NCBI GenBank assembly: GCA_024653215.1
Contig: JANLFU010000004.1
Coordinates: 29,574 to 93,573, forward strand
DNA: 64,000 bases
Origin: Candidatus Saccharicenans sp.
GTDB lineage: Bacteria > Acidobacteriota > Aminicenantia > Aminicenantales > Saccharicenantaceae
Reading direction: 5' to 3'
Under the pieces are notes generated by a model. The model worked only from the letters and a program-made list of their open reading frames with translations, did not search any database and had not been told where the DNA came from. Made by a program: the position numbers and the translations under genes. Positions 1-10,108 of this stretch are shown here, piece after piece (positions within the stretch are counted from its first letter, which is position 1; each line of letters starts with the position of its first letter).

Positions 1-480
1 GCCCCGGCCATCGAGTACAACTATTTCCCCTACTCGGAATCAACCCGGCGCCAGCTGCGCTTCCTGTACCGGGTGGGCTTCAACCTCAACTACTACCGGG
101 AGGAAACCATATACGATAAGACCCGGGAAGCACTGCTGGGCGAAACGCTCTCGGTCACCCTGGAAGTCAAGGAACCCTGGGGTAACGTCTATGCCTCGCT
201 GGAAGGCTTTCACTATTTTCATGATTTCAGCAAGAACCACCTGGTCTTCAACACCAGCCTCAACCTGAGGCTCTACCGCGGCTTTTCCGTGGGAATTTCC
301 GGCCGGTTTGCCAAGATTAAGGACCAGATTTACCTGGCCAAGGGCGACCTGAGCCTGGAGGACATCCTGCTGCAGAGGAAAGCCCTGGCCACGGCTTACA
401 GCTACGGGATCTATCTTGGTGTAAATTATACTTTTGGTTCCATCTATTCCGGGGTGGTCAACCCCAGGTTCGGCAATTAA
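1..480 (+). CDS. Hypothetical outer-membrane beta-barrel protein, C-terminal part (5' end outside window)
   Basis: Frame open from base 1 (APAIEYNYFPYSESTRRQLRFLY...) to TAA at 480; alternating aromatic/hydrophobic beta-strand pattern. Confidence 0.6.
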   Translation, partial: APAIEYNYFPYSESTRRQLRFLYRVGFNLNYYREETIYDKTREALLGETLSVTLEVKEPWGNVYASLEGFHYFHDFSKNHLVFNTSLNLRLYRGFSVGISGRFAKIKDQIYLAKGDLSLEDILLQRKALATAYSYGIYLGVNYTFGSIYSGVVNPRFGN

Positions 481-803
481 TGGCCTGAAGGGCCTGACCC
501 CTGGCAATTCTAAAGTTGAGGACCGGCCCGGCAGAGGAGTTTCTTTTTGCGACTGATCGACTGTGAGTTTCCCCGGCCCGTGCCTTCAGGGCGAATGATT
601 GATTCGATTATCGGTTTTTTTGCTTCTTTTTACGTTTCCGTTTCTGGTCTCTGCCGTGGACGGCTATCTTTAACCCCGGCTTAGATTAATAGTCTTTAAT
701 TTCCCAGGAGCGGAGTCATCAATTAAGTTTTTAGATTAAATTATTCTTATCCTGCTAAATTAAGTTACGAGGCCCAGCCTCGGGACAAGATTAGTTCCCG
801 CAC

Positions 804-2159
804 CTATCGTGACTTATCCCTGGCCAGGAGCCGGTCGTAGATGGCCAGCCCGGCCATGGAGCACACCCCCAGGAAGGCGATGGTCGCCCAGATGATGATG
901 TAATTCGGCGACTGCCCGGCCTGGAGCGGGCTGGCGATATGTTTCTGGTAGAGGGCCCCGCCCAGCGGTCCACCCAGGATGCTGCCTATGGCCACGGGCA
1001 GGTTGGCGTAACCCAGGTAAAGGCCTTCTTCACCCTTGGGAGCAATCCGGCCGATGTATTCATAGATTCGCGGGGAGGCCATCATTTCGCCCACGGCCAT
1101 GGAGGCAATGCTGATTAGAAGGAAAATTCCGGCAATGGGGATGGCCAGCCCGGCCAGAGAAACCCGGTGGCTGATGTCAGAATAAAGCAGGACTGGCAGG
1201 ATATTAAGCAGCATGCCAACCGTGGTCACTCCCACGCCCAGCAGTATGGATTTCACCGGTGTCCATCTCTTGACCAGCCTGGTAATGAGCAGCTGGAAGC
1301 AGACAATCATCAGCGGGTTGGCCAGGGTATAGAGCTCCACCGGGGCGTTGGGGTCGATATGCCTGAGGAAGAGGGGTATGAGGTTATAGAGCTGGACGTA
1401 GAGAAACCAGAAGAGGGCAATGACCACCAGGAAGAAGACAAACTTCAGGTTGCCCAGCACTATGAAAATTCCCAGGATGGCTTCCTTAAGAGTTTTCTTT
1501 TTAACCTGCTGCCCGTCTTTCAGGCCATCGCTCACATATTCCGGTTCACGGTAAATGAAAAGCACCACCAGCAACCCGATGAAGATAAAAACTGTTGAGG
1601 CGTAGGTGAAGATGGCCGGTATGCCCAGGTTGGTCCTGATGAAATAAGAAACGCCGCGGCCGGTGATGGAGCCGATGTTAATGACCATGTAAAAAATGCC
1701 GAAGCCGAGGGTGGCATAAAGCCCCGAGGTTTTCTGGATGGTGCCGGCGATACAGGGCTTGACGATGGAGCCGCCCAGGCCAATCAGGACAATGGCCACC
1801 ACCACCGGGACGGTGTAATTTATGGCACTGCCCCGGTCGCCGGCCAGGGCCGGCCAGAACTTCTGGACGTTGCCCATTATCAGGTAACCGAAAAAGAGCA
1901 TCAGGAAGGACAGGCTCAGCGAACGCTTGAAGCCGTACTTGTCGGCCAGCGTTCCGGAAACGATCGGCATGAAGTAGATAAGTCCCCAGAGCAGCGAACC
2001 GTTCAGGAAGGTGGCGAAGGTCGGAGACATGCCCAGGACTTCCTTCAGGTAGATGACCATGAAGGAGGCCATGGAGTAGTAGGCCGCCCTTTCAAACAGC
2101 TCGATGGTGTTGGCCGTCCAGAAGGTTTTCGGGAAACGGGCTTTTTCTTTACTGTCCAT
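804..2159 (-). CDS. MFS transporter, POT/PTR-like peptide transporter
   Basis: ELFERAAYY (ExxERxxYY POT motif), GTLADKYG MFS loop, FYMVINIG, about 12 hydrophobic segments. Confidence 0.85.
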   Translation of the reverse strand: MDSKEKARFPKTFWTANTIELFERAAYYSMASFMVIYLKEVLGMSPTFATFLNGSLLWGLIYFMPIVSGTLADKYGFKRSLSLSFLMLFFGYLIMGNVQKFWPALAGDRGSAINYTVPVVVAIVLIGLGGSIVKPCIAGTIQKTSGLYATLGFGIFYMVINIGSITGRGVSYFIRTNLGIPAIFTYASTVFIFIGLLVVLFIYREPEYVSDGLKDGQQVKKKTLKEAILGIFIVLGNLKFVFFLVVIALFWFLYVQLYNLIPLFLRHIDPNAPVELYTLANPLMIVCFQLLITRLVKRWTPVKSILLGVGVTTVGMLLNILPVLLYSDISHRVSLAGLAIPIAGIFLLISIASMAVGEMMASPRIYEYIGRIAPKGEEGLYLGYANLPVAIGSILGGPLGGALYQKHIASPLQAGQSPNYIIIWATIAFLGVCSMAGLAIYDRLLARDKSR

Positions 2160-2221
2160 GTTTCAAACCTGCCTCTAAAAAAATTTTTTCTATGTTATCA
2201 GGAAAGGAAAAGGCCTGTCCA

Positions 2222-4066
2222 TCAGTTTTTTACCGGCTCCGGCAGACTGAGGTTGATGAGGAGTCTCCAGGAGGTGGGCGTGCTCAGCCCGGCGTAAGAC
2301 CAGGGCCCGAGTTCTCCCACATCGCAGAGTTTGCCCTGCCCATCCAGCACCAGGTAAAGGGGCTTCAGGCCCGAAGTTTCGGCCGGGTAAAGATGAATGG
2401 TTGACAGAGGTGGCTGCCCGCCCGTCGTGGCCAGCCGGAATGAATCAGAAAAATAAAATATAACTCTATCGGCCCGGACCCTGAAAGTCAGCCACTCGTC
2501 CTGGTAATCCAGGTTTATGGCCGAGAACGGGTCGTATAGAGTTATAACCGGTTCGGCCGGGCTTTCCGCTTCCAGGGGCAGGCCGGGCAGACAGTCCTTG
2601 AAGGCCGGAGGGGTGAGCTTGGTCAGCATCAGGAAAGTTTTTTCCCAGAGCCGTTGGTAAAGGCGCCAGACCCGGAGCTCGGCTTCGGTTCTCTTCCTCA
2701 GTCTCTGCTCTTCGGGCAGGTAGCGGACCCAGAAGTAGAAACTGTTGACGAAATTATTGAGTACAGGTTCCGATTGCTGGAAGTAATTCAGAACCGTTTT
2801 CCTGTATCTCTGGTAAAAATATTCGGCCTGTTGCCGGTAGCGCTGGCAGTATTCATCCCTGGCTTTTTGAATGCACCCCAGCCTTTCTTCCCTGTCCAGG
2901 GCCAGGCAGGCCTTTTCTCTTTTCTGGTAATCGCGCCACAGGGAATCAACCTGGCTGTTGGCCTGGGCCAGGAGCTGCGCAAGCTGCATGTCGGCCGGCC
3001 GTTCTATCTCCCTTTCCAGGTAATCCAGCCGTCCCTCGATTTCATTCAGGTGAAAGTAAGCCCGGGCGGAGTTCAGGGCCAGCCCTCCCTGGACCACCGC
3101 TTCTGTTTCCGGGAAGTTAATCCCGGAGGCCAGCAGGCTTTCTAACGTCTTGTGCAGGTCCACTTCTTTACCTTCCATCTGGATGAAGGCCGTCTGGTAA
3201 AAGGGGATAAGGCGGTGGTAGGAGGCAAAATCTTCGGGCAGGTCTGGTCGGGTGAGGTATATTTCCTGCTGAAAGGACAGCGGCAGCGGAACCTCACTCA
3301 GATTCCTGGCCAGGGATTCCCTGTAACCGCCCAGAAGGGAATTCTTCAGGTAAGTTGCCGGTTGGTCACCGGGCGTCGTGACCTGGGCCAGAAGATAAAG
3401 TGCCCGGTTGGCTTCGGGCTGGTATCGATCATAACTTGCGGCCTGCCGGAAATATTTCAGGGCCTCATCTTTCTGCCCCAGGGTGTAACTGAGGACGCCG
3501 AGGTTATTCAAAAGCACCGGGTTGTCCGGGAGTGACAGTCGGGCAGCCCGGGTGGCTTCCTGGGCCAGCCGGTATTCCCCCAGGGCATAGAGGAAGGCGG
3601 CGGCGTTGGAGAGAAGGACGGGGTCGGCCGGGGCCTGTCTTAATTGCAGCCTCGACAGAGCGAGACCTTCGACCGGTTGACCGCTGAGCCAGAAGCTCAG
3701 AAGGTAGAGGTCCAGGGTCGGGGAATTGACCAGCGGTTTTAGCACACTTTCCAGTTCTTCCAGCCTTTCCAGGCCAAGCTTTCTGGCCAGAAATTCCCTG
3801 ATTCTGGTAGGAAGGGGAGTGTCCGAGGTTGTCTGATTGAGCGGTTCGGCCGGGGCCCTTGAAATGAAATTATCAATCGAATCCATGGTGGTTTGTCCAG
3901 GACCTGGAGTGGCCTCTTGTCCGGCGGCCATTGAAAAAACCGCCAGCAAGATTATGTTTAGAAGGAAAATGACTATCTGGCGGGCGAAGCCTGAACGGTG
4001 CCCGAACGGACCAGCGCCGTGGTCTTTGGCTTTTAAGGCCAATCTTTTTATTGTCATTCCATTCAT
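2222..4066 (-). CDS. Exported TPR-repeat protein
   Basis: Hydrophobic N-terminal segment; TPR-like repeats (PDNPVLLNNLGVLSYTLGQKDEALKYFRQA); start uncertain. Confidence 0.65.
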   Translation of the reverse strand: MNGMTIKRLALKAKDHGAGPFGHRSGFARQIVIFLLNIILLAVFSMAAGQEATPGPGQTTMDSIDNFISRAPAEPLNQTTSDTPLPTRIREFLARKLGLERLEELESVLKPLVNSPTLDLYLLSFWLSGQPVEGLALSRLQLRQAPADPVLLSNAAAFLYALGEYRLAQEATRAARLSLPDNPVLLNNLGVLSYTLGQKDEALKYFRQAASYDRYQPEANRALYLLAQVTTPGDQPATYLKNSLLGGYRESLARNLSEVPLPLSFQQEIYLTRPDLPEDFASYHRLIPFYQTAFIQMEGKEVDLHKTLESLLASGINFPETEAVVQGGLALNSARAYFHLNEIEGRLDYLEREIERPADMQLAQLLAQANSQVDSLWRDYQKREKACLALDREERLGCIQKARDEYCQRYRQQAEYFYQRYRKTVLNYFQQSEPVLNNFVNSFYFWVRYLPEEQRLRKRTEAELRVWRLYQRLWEKTFLMLTKLTPPAFKDCLPGLPLEAESPAEPVITLYDPFSAINLDYQDEWLTFRVRADRVIFYFSDSFRLATTGGQPPLSTIHLYPAETSGLKPLYLVLDGQGKLCDVGELGPWSYAGLSTPTSWRLLINLSLPEPVKN

Positions 4067-4182
4067 GATTTTTCCCTCACCACCCGAAGTTTCACAGAAA
4101 TTTCAAAAATTACTACCAGCCCGACCTGATTTCTTATATAAATCTATATCAGGTTGACCCGCGAGGGCAACCGATAAAAATC

Positions 4183-4536
4183 GTGGAGCGCAAGATGCAG
4201 AAGCCTGACTGGATGGAAGAATTTCCCGGAGCCATCACCGTGACCGATGATGAAGGAAAGATCATCTACATGAATAAGAAGGCGGCTCAAACCTTCGAGG
4301 CCGAAGGCGGCTTGGCCCTCATCGGAAGGAATATAATGGATTGTCACCGGCTGGAGTCGCAGGAAAAAATAAAAAAAATACTGGAAAGCGGGAAACCGAA
4401 CATTTACACCATCGAGAAAAAGGGTCAGAAAAAACTCATCTTTCAAACGGTTTGGACTGAAGCCGGCCGGGTCCGGGGACTGGTTGAGCTCAGCCTGGAA
4501 ATTCCCACGGCCATGCCCCACTTCGTCAGGGATTAA
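4183..4536 (+). CDS. Stand-alone PAS-domain protein
   Basis: AITVTDDEGKIIYMNKKA...LIGRNIMDCH PAS signature. Confidence 0.75.
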   Translation: MERKMQKPDWMEEFPGAITVTDDEGKIIYMNKKAAQTFEAEGGLALIGRNIMDCHRLESQEKIKKILESGKPNIYTIEKKGQKKLIFQTVWTEAGRVRGLVELSLEIPTAMPHFVRD

Positions 4537-4594
4537 GCGGTCCATTAATAATCAGGTCGGAGAAACCGACCTCGCGCTTCTAAGACAGCGGGTC

Positions 4595-4948
4595 TCAGCC
4601 AGACTCTTTTAAAAAATCTTTCAGGCGCCGGTATTCTCTCTCCAGGGCCTCCAAAGCCTCCCTGGCCGTTTTCAGGTCCTGGTTCTGTCCGGCCTGTTCC
4701 ATCTTCCAGGCCGCTTCCCTCAGGGCCGGAAGGCTCAGGTTGGCCGAGGCTCCTTTCAGGTAATGTCCGGCTTCCCTGATGACCTGGAAGTCTTTCTCCT
4801 GGACGGCCTTTTCCAGCTCGTCGTATTTCTTTTGGAATTCCTCATCATAGATGCCCAGCAACTCCTGGAGGAAGGCTTCATCTCCGCCGATTCTTTCCAG
4901 CGCTTCCTTGCGGTCGATGGGTGCAGGGGCGCTATTTTTTCCTGCCAT
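4595..4948 (-). CDS. Hpt (histidine phosphotransfer) domain protein
   Basis: GHYLKGASANLS Hpt motif; IDRKEALERIGGDE N-terminus; GGAGG RBS upstream of ATG 4948. Confidence 0.85.
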   Translation of the reverse strand: MAGKNSAPAPIDRKEALERIGGDEAFLQELLGIYDEEFQKKYDELEKAVQEKDFQVIREAGHYLKGASANLSLPALREAAWKMEQAGQNQDLKTAREALEALEREYRRLKDFLKESG

Positions 4949-5065
4949 CCCTATCCTCCTTCCTTTTTTTATTATCCGAATCATTAATTATTACCATCCT
5001 GTCCCGGCCCAGCTTCTTGGCCAGGTACCGAGCCCGTTCAGCCGTCTTAATAAAAACTACAGATA

Positions 5066-7894
5066 TTACCGTTTGCGGGCCAGGGCCCTTTCAATCACCC
5101 GGTACAGCTCTTCGGGGTAAAGCGGCTTGGCCACGTAGTCGTCCATACCGGCTTCCAGGCATTTTTCCCGGTCGCCCTTCATGGCATGGGCAGTCATGGC
5201 CACCACCGGCAGATGCTCACCGCTGGATTGCTCGCGCTGGCGAATCTGCCTGGTGGCCTCGAAGCCGTCCATCTCCGGCATCTGGACATCCATCAGCACC
5301 AGGTCGAATTTTTCTTTTTCGAGAATTTCCAGGGCCTGCCGGCCGTTTTCGGCCACGGTTACCCGGTGTCCCTTTTTCTGCAGGAGGTGAATGGCCACCT
5401 TCTGGTTGACCGGGTTGTCTTCGGCCAGCAGGATGTTCAACTTGCGGCGGAACTCTGGCAGGGTGTGTTCGGTTATCGGAACTTCCAGCCGGTGGGCCAC
5501 TGAAGTCGCCCCCTTGATGGCCATTATGGTATCAAGCAGGTCGGAGGGCCTGACCGGTTTTACCAGGTAGCCCTGCGCTCCCAGTTCTTTGGCCTGCTGC
5601 AGGTCGCCCAGCCGGTCGGCCGAGGTCAGGATGATGATGGGCACCTCTTTGGCCCCGTCGATTTCTTTTATTTTGCGAATGAGTTCAAACCCGTCCATTT
5701 CCGGCATGGACAGGTCCAGGAGGAAGAGCCCGAAGCCTTCCTGCCGGCCCAGCGCTTCCCCGATCAGGGAGATGGCCTGGGGTCCAGAGGAGGCAACTTC
5801 TGGCTTCATCCGCCAGCTCTGGAGCATTTCTTTGAGTATGACCTGATTGGTCTGGTTGTCGTCCACCACCAGAACCCGCAATCCGTGGACCGCGGCCAGG
5901 GTGGCCGGCACAGCCCGGGGCCGGCGCTCTGGAACCAGTCCCAGCCTGACGGTAAAGTGGAAGGTGCTGCCCCGCCCGGGTTGGCTTTCGGCCCAGATTT
6001 TTCCGCCCATCAGGTTTACCAGCTGAGAGGTTATGGCCAGGCCCAGGCCGGTACCCCCGTACTTGCGGCTGAAGGAAGCGTCGGCCTGGACAAATGGCTG
6101 GAAGATGCTTTCCAGTTTATCGCGGGGAATGCCAATACCCGTGTCCCTGACCATGAAATGGAGGGTTATATCCCGGGAGGTTCGGGCCTGTTCTTCGACT
6201 TCAACCTCAACTTCGCCCTTTTCTGTAAACTTGATGGCGTTGCTGACCAGGTTAAGCAGTACCTGGCGGAGGCGGCTGGTGTCGCCGACCACCGTCTCAG
6301 GCAGGGAAGGCGGTACGTGGCAGAGCAATTCCAGCCCCTTCTGGTGAGCCGGCAGGGCCAGGGTGGCCACGATTTCGGTGATGGAGTTATGCAGGTTGAA
6401 TTCAACCGGAACCAGCTCAATCATCCGGGCTTCAATTTTGGAAAAGTCCAGGATGTCGTTGAGAATGGTTAGCAGCGACTCGGCCGAGGTCCTGGCGGCC
6501 TTGAGGAACTGGAGCTGTTCATCGTTGAGCTCGGTCTGCAGGGCCAGCTCAATCATGCCGATGATGCCGTTCATCGGGGTTCTTATCTCGTGGCTCATGT
6601 TGGCCAGGAATTCACTCTTGGCCTTGCTGGCGGCCAGGGCCTCCTCCCTGGACAGCCGCAACTCTTCCTCAATTTGCTTGAGGTTGGAGATATCGGTGAT
6701 AACCGAGACCACGCCGCTGAATTTCTTCTTTTCAAAAATGGAGTGGGCGTGGATGAGCACCGGGATCAACCGGCCGTCCCTGGTCTTAAGCCTGGTTTCG
6801 TACCGTTCCCGGGTCCTCGACTGCCGGGCCCGGGACCTGGTCTTGACCTGTTCCAGCTGGTCTTCCGGGATGAACACGCTCCAGTGCTGGCCCAGGAGTT
6901 CTCCGGGCCTGTAGCCCAGCATCTTCTCCAGGGCCGGGTTGACATAGGTTATATTGCCGTGGGCATTTTCCACCACTACACCTTCGGCCAGGCTGGTCAG
7001 GATTTTTTCCTGGAACTGCTGCAGGTTCTTGAGCTCCGCCTCAACCCTTTGTTTTTCCCGGTCTTTCTTCAAGGAATAGAGGGCAAAGCCCAGGTCGCCG
7101 GCAATTTCTTCCAGGAGCTTTATCTCCGCGGCCTGGTCGAAGATGTCCCTGGCGTAACCGACCTGCATGACCCCGAATATCTCCCGGTTGTGTTCGAGGA
7201 GAAAGCAGGCCACCCAGCCGCCCTTTTTTCGCTGCGGGCATTTTTTGCAGGTCGGGCTCTTGGTCACATCCGGAATGAAAAAGGACCGCCTGTTTTTAAG
7301 GACTCTTTCCAGGCAGGGGGTGAAGCGGTTGAGTATCTTTTTATCCCCCCGGCCGAAAAATTCCCCGGGCCTTAATTCATCATCTACCAGGGCCATTCGG
7401 ACCAGGCCGTATTTTCCGTTCTCCACCAGGCTGCTGGCGGCCTGGTCAAGAAGCCTGGACGGATCCTTGACCTGGATTATCATCTGGTTGATATCGCTGA
7501 TGGCCCGCAGCAGCCTGTTGGTGTGAGCCAGGAGCCGGTCCTTCTGAACCAGCTCGCTTATATCCTTGTAGACAGCCACGCCTCCGATCAGGTAATTCTT
7601 GTAGACCACGGGAGAAGCCGAGATGCTGACGCTGACCGGTTTACCGTCCTTCCGGTAGCGGGTGGCGATGAAGTTGGAAAAGCGCCGCCTGAGGATATTC
7701 CTGGTTATTTTTTTGGCTTCTGATTGCTCGGGTCCGCCGATCAATTCATCAATCTGCCGGCCGATAGCTTCCTTCCTTTTATAGCCGAAGATGAGCTCGG
7801 CCCCGGGATTCCAGATGATGACCTGGCCGCTGGAGTCGACGGCCACCACGGCATCCTTGATGCTGTCAATCAGGGCCTGAAGATGCAGCTCCAT
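5066..7894 (-). CDS. Hybrid sensor histidine kinase (PAS-GAF-PAS-HisKA-HATPase-REC-REC)
   Basis: [16 protein letters not shown]-box, [23 protein letters not shown], two receiver domains ([22 protein letters not shown]). Confidence 0.95.
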   Translation of the reverse strand: MELHLQALIDSIKDAVVAVDSSGQVIIWNPGAELIFGYKRKEAIGRQIDELIGGPEQSEAKKITRNILRRRFSNFIATRYRKDGKPVSVSISASPVVYKNYLIGGVAVYKDISELVQKDRLLAHTNRLLRAISDINQMIIQVKDPSRLLDQAASSLVENGKYGLVRMALVDDELRPGEFFGRGDKKILNRFTPCLERVLKNRRSFFIPDVTKSPTCKKCPQRKKGGWVACFLLEHNREIFGVMQVGYARDIFDQAAEIKLLEEIAGDLGFALYSLKKDREKQRVEAELKNLQQFQEKILTSLAEGVVVENAHGNITYVNPALEKMLGYRPGELLGQHWSVFIPEDQLEQVKTRSRARQSRTRERYETRLKTRDGRLIPVLIHAHSIFEKKKFSGVVSVITDISNLKQIEEELRLSREEALAASKAKSEFLANMSHEIRTPMNGIIGMIELALQTELNDEQLQFLKAARTSAESLLTILNDILDFSKIEARMIELVPVEFNLHNSITEIVATLALPAHQKGLELLCHVPPSLPETVVGDTSRLRQVLLNLVSNAIKFTEKGEVEVEVEEQARTSRDITLHFMVRDTGIGIPRDKLESIFQPFVQADASFSRKYGGTGLGLAITSQLVNLMGGKIWAESQPGRGSTFHFTVRLGLVPERRPRAVPATLAAVHGLRVLVVDDNQTNQVILKEMLQSWRMKPEVASSGPQAISLIGEALGRQEGFGLFLLDLSMPEMDGFELIRKIKEIDGAKEVPIIILTSADRLGDLQQAKELGAQGYLVKPVRPSDLLDTIMAIKGATSVAHRLEVPITEHTLPEFRRKLNILLAEDNPVNQKVAIHLLQKKGHRVTVAENGRQALEILEKEKFDLVLMDVQMPEMDGFEATRQIRQREQSSGEHLPVVAMTAHAMKGDREKCLEAGMDDYVAKPLYPEELYRVIERALARKR

Positions 7895-7988
7895 TTCCAG
7901 CCTCCTTATTAGTGGTAATTAGATAATTTTAGCCTGAAAAAATCAATCACCGCTGCGGGTGATTTTGGTTTCGGGTTGGGGGTGGAAT

Positions 7989-8621
7989 TCAGACCGAAAG
8001 GGCCATCAGCAGCAGGGCCGAGTAGAAGGTGGAGAGAATTATGGCCTGGGCCCCCTTGAAGGGGCGATAAAAGCGGTCCAGGGCCAGGACCGTGTCGGAC
8101 ACCAGGAAAAGCAGGCTGCCGGCTGCGGCCAGCCAGGGTGCGGTTCCAGGCAGCTGGTGCGGTTGCTCCAGTCCCACCCGGGTCATAGTCAGCAGGACCA
8201 GCAGGTAGAATAAAATCGGGACCCGCTGGCGTTTGGTCCCGGGCCAGATCAGGAAAAGAACTACCCCGGCCAGCAGGACCAGGGGAATAACCGGCCAGCT
8301 AAGGAACTCGCGGTTGACCCGGCTGTAAAAGGCGACCGTAAACACGGCCAGGGCCCCCAGGAAAAAGGCCAGCCCGGTCAGAAAACGTTTCTTCTTCAGC
8401 ATCATCATGGTATCGCCCAGCAGGCAGAGGGCCAGGCCGGCGGCCACGGCATTCCGGTAGAAAGAGTGGGGCCTGGTTTCCAGGAGCAAGCCGACCATCA
8501 GCATTATGGTAAAGGGGCGGAAGAAGTAAGCCAGGAGCTTCTGGTTGCGGGTCTCGGCGATGATGGCCGCGGTGGCTGAAACCACGATGGAGAAGATAAA
8601 AGCGCCGCTCCCGAGGTTCAT
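7989..8621 (-). CDS. YhhN/lysoplasmalogenase family membrane protein
   Basis: LCLLGDTMM and GSLLFLVSDTVLALDRF motifs; multi-TM. Confidence 0.8.
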   Translation of the reverse strand: MNLGSGAFIFSIVVSATAAIIAETRNQKLLAYFFRPFTIMLMVGLLLETRPHSFYRNAVAAGLALCLLGDTMMMLKKKRFLTGLAFFLGALAVFTVAFYSRVNREFLSWPVIPLVLLAGVVLFLIWPGTKRQRVPILFYLLVLLTMTRVGLEQPHQLPGTAPWLAAAGSLLFLVSDTVLALDRFYRPFKGAQAIILSTFYSALLLMALSV

Positions 8622-8763
8622 GTTCTCACCTTCAATTGCCGTCGGGTCCGGGAGACCTCCCCGGTCCCGCCAATTCTATTTTGATAATTCTACCTCAGAT
8701 ATGCCATAATATAAATGGTGACTTTCGGGTCAACCTTCAACTTTAATATTATCAGGAGCTAAG

Positions 8764-9522
8764 ATGATAGAAAGTTTTACCGATGAAAAGAGCCGCAAGA
8801 TAGCCCTGCTGATAGATGGCGATAACGCCCAGCCTTCCCTGATCGGTGACATCCTGGCCGAGGTCGGCAAGTACGGGTTAATCACCATCAGGCGAATTTA
8901 CGGTGACTGGACCACGGTCAACATGGCCGGCTGGAAAAAGGCCCTGCACGAGAATGCCATTCAGCCGGTGCAGCAGTTCCGCTTCACCGTGGGCAAGAAC
9001 GCCACCGACAGTGCCCTGATCATCGACGCCATGGACATCCTCCACGGCCGGCTGGTGGAAGGCTTCTGCATCGTTTCCAGCGATTCCGACTACACCCGGC
9101 TGGCCACCAGGATAAGGGAAGCGGGCTTCTTTGTCATGGGTATCGGGAAGCGTTCCACGCCCAAGGCCTTTGTCAATGCCTGCAACGTTTTTATCTACAC
9201 CGAGAACCTTGGACCCCGGGAAAAGGAAAGAGAAAGGAAGAGGAAAGGGGCGACGGAGAAGGCTGCCGAGGAGCATAAGCCCCGCGGCTATGACCCGCTG
9301 CCGCTGCTGAAGGCCGCGGTGGACATGGCCACCGACGAGGACGGCTGGGCCAAGCTCAGCACCATCGGTTTCTATCTCCGCCAGCTGGACCCCAGCTTTG
9401 ACCCCAGGACCTACGGTTTCCGCCAGCTGTCCCAGCTCTTCAAGGCCTTCCCCGAGGTTTTTGAACTGCGCTTCGAAAACGAGCGCGGCCTGACCAGGGT
9501 CTGGGTCAAGATAAAAGAATGA
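8764..9522 (+). CDS. NYN-domain (LabA/DUF88) protein with C-terminal OST-HTH/LOTUS domain
   Basis: LLIDGDNA, GKNATDSALIIDAMD, SSDSDYTRL; C-terminal FDPRTYGFRQLSQL. Confidence 0.9.
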   Translation: MIESFTDEKSRKIALLIDGDNAQPSLIGDILAEVGKYGLITIRRIYGDWTTVNMAGWKKALHENAIQPVQQFRFTVGKNATDSALIIDAMDILHGRLVEGFCIVSSDSDYTRLATRIREAGFFVMGIGKRSTPKAFVNACNVFIYTENLGPREKERERKRKGATEKAAEEHKPRGYDPLPLLKAAVDMATDEDGWAKLSTIGFYLRQLDPSFDPRTYGFRQLSQLFKAFPEVFELRFENERGLTRVWVKIKE

Positions 9523-9541
9523 CGGGCGGGCCGGAGGCCGG

Positions 9542-10057
9542 ATGAAAATTTATTACCATTCTCCGATAGGAATAATAGAAATTGAAGGCGGCCCGGCCGG
9601 AGTGCGCTCCTGTTCCTTTGTCGGGGAGAGACTGAAAGCCAGCCCGAAGCCAACCGGGTCCGGGTCCGAGCTGGAAGCGGTTCCAGCCGTCCTTAAAGAA
9701 GCCCGTCGCCAATTGGATGAATATTTTAAGGGCCTAAGGCAGGAGTTTTCTGTCAGGCTCGACCTGAGGGGAACGGAATTCCAGAGAAAGGTCTGGGCCG
9801 AACTGAGAAAAATACCCTTCGGTAAGACCAGGAGCTACGGGGAGGTAGCCAGGGCCTGCGGCCGTGGGGGAGCGGCCCGGGCGGTGGGTGGAGCCAACCA
9901 TATGAACCCGGTGGTGATTCTGGTTCCCTGCCACCGGGTAATCGGTGCCGACGGCAGCCTGACCGGGTTCGGCGGAGGTCTGTGGCGGAAGAAATGGCTT
10001 CTGGAGCACGAGAAAAAAGTGCTGGAAGCCGGCCGGCAAAATAAGTATAAAAAATAA
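9542..10057 (+). CDS. ogt: Methylated-DNA-protein-cysteine methyltransferase
   Basis: PCHRVI active site; GTEFQRKVW...IPFGKTRSYG. Confidence 0.95.
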   Translation: MKIYYHSPIGIIEIEGGPAGVRSCSFVGERLKASPKPTGSGSELEAVPAVLKEARRQLDEYFKGLRQEFSVRLDLRGTEFQRKVWAELRKIPFGKTRSYGEVARACGRGGAARAVGGANHMNPVVILVPCHRVIGADGSLTGFGGGLWRKKWLLEHEKKVLEAGRQNKYKK

Positions 10058-10108
10058 CTGTAGATAATAACCCGCCGCGGAGAAGGCAAGGCGAGGAAGG
10101 AGAGGAAA

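Noticed and set aside
481..790. AT-rich intergenic region and GGGCCTGACCCC motif as ncRNA/REP
   Set aside because: Single short motif between convergent genes; no supportable structure
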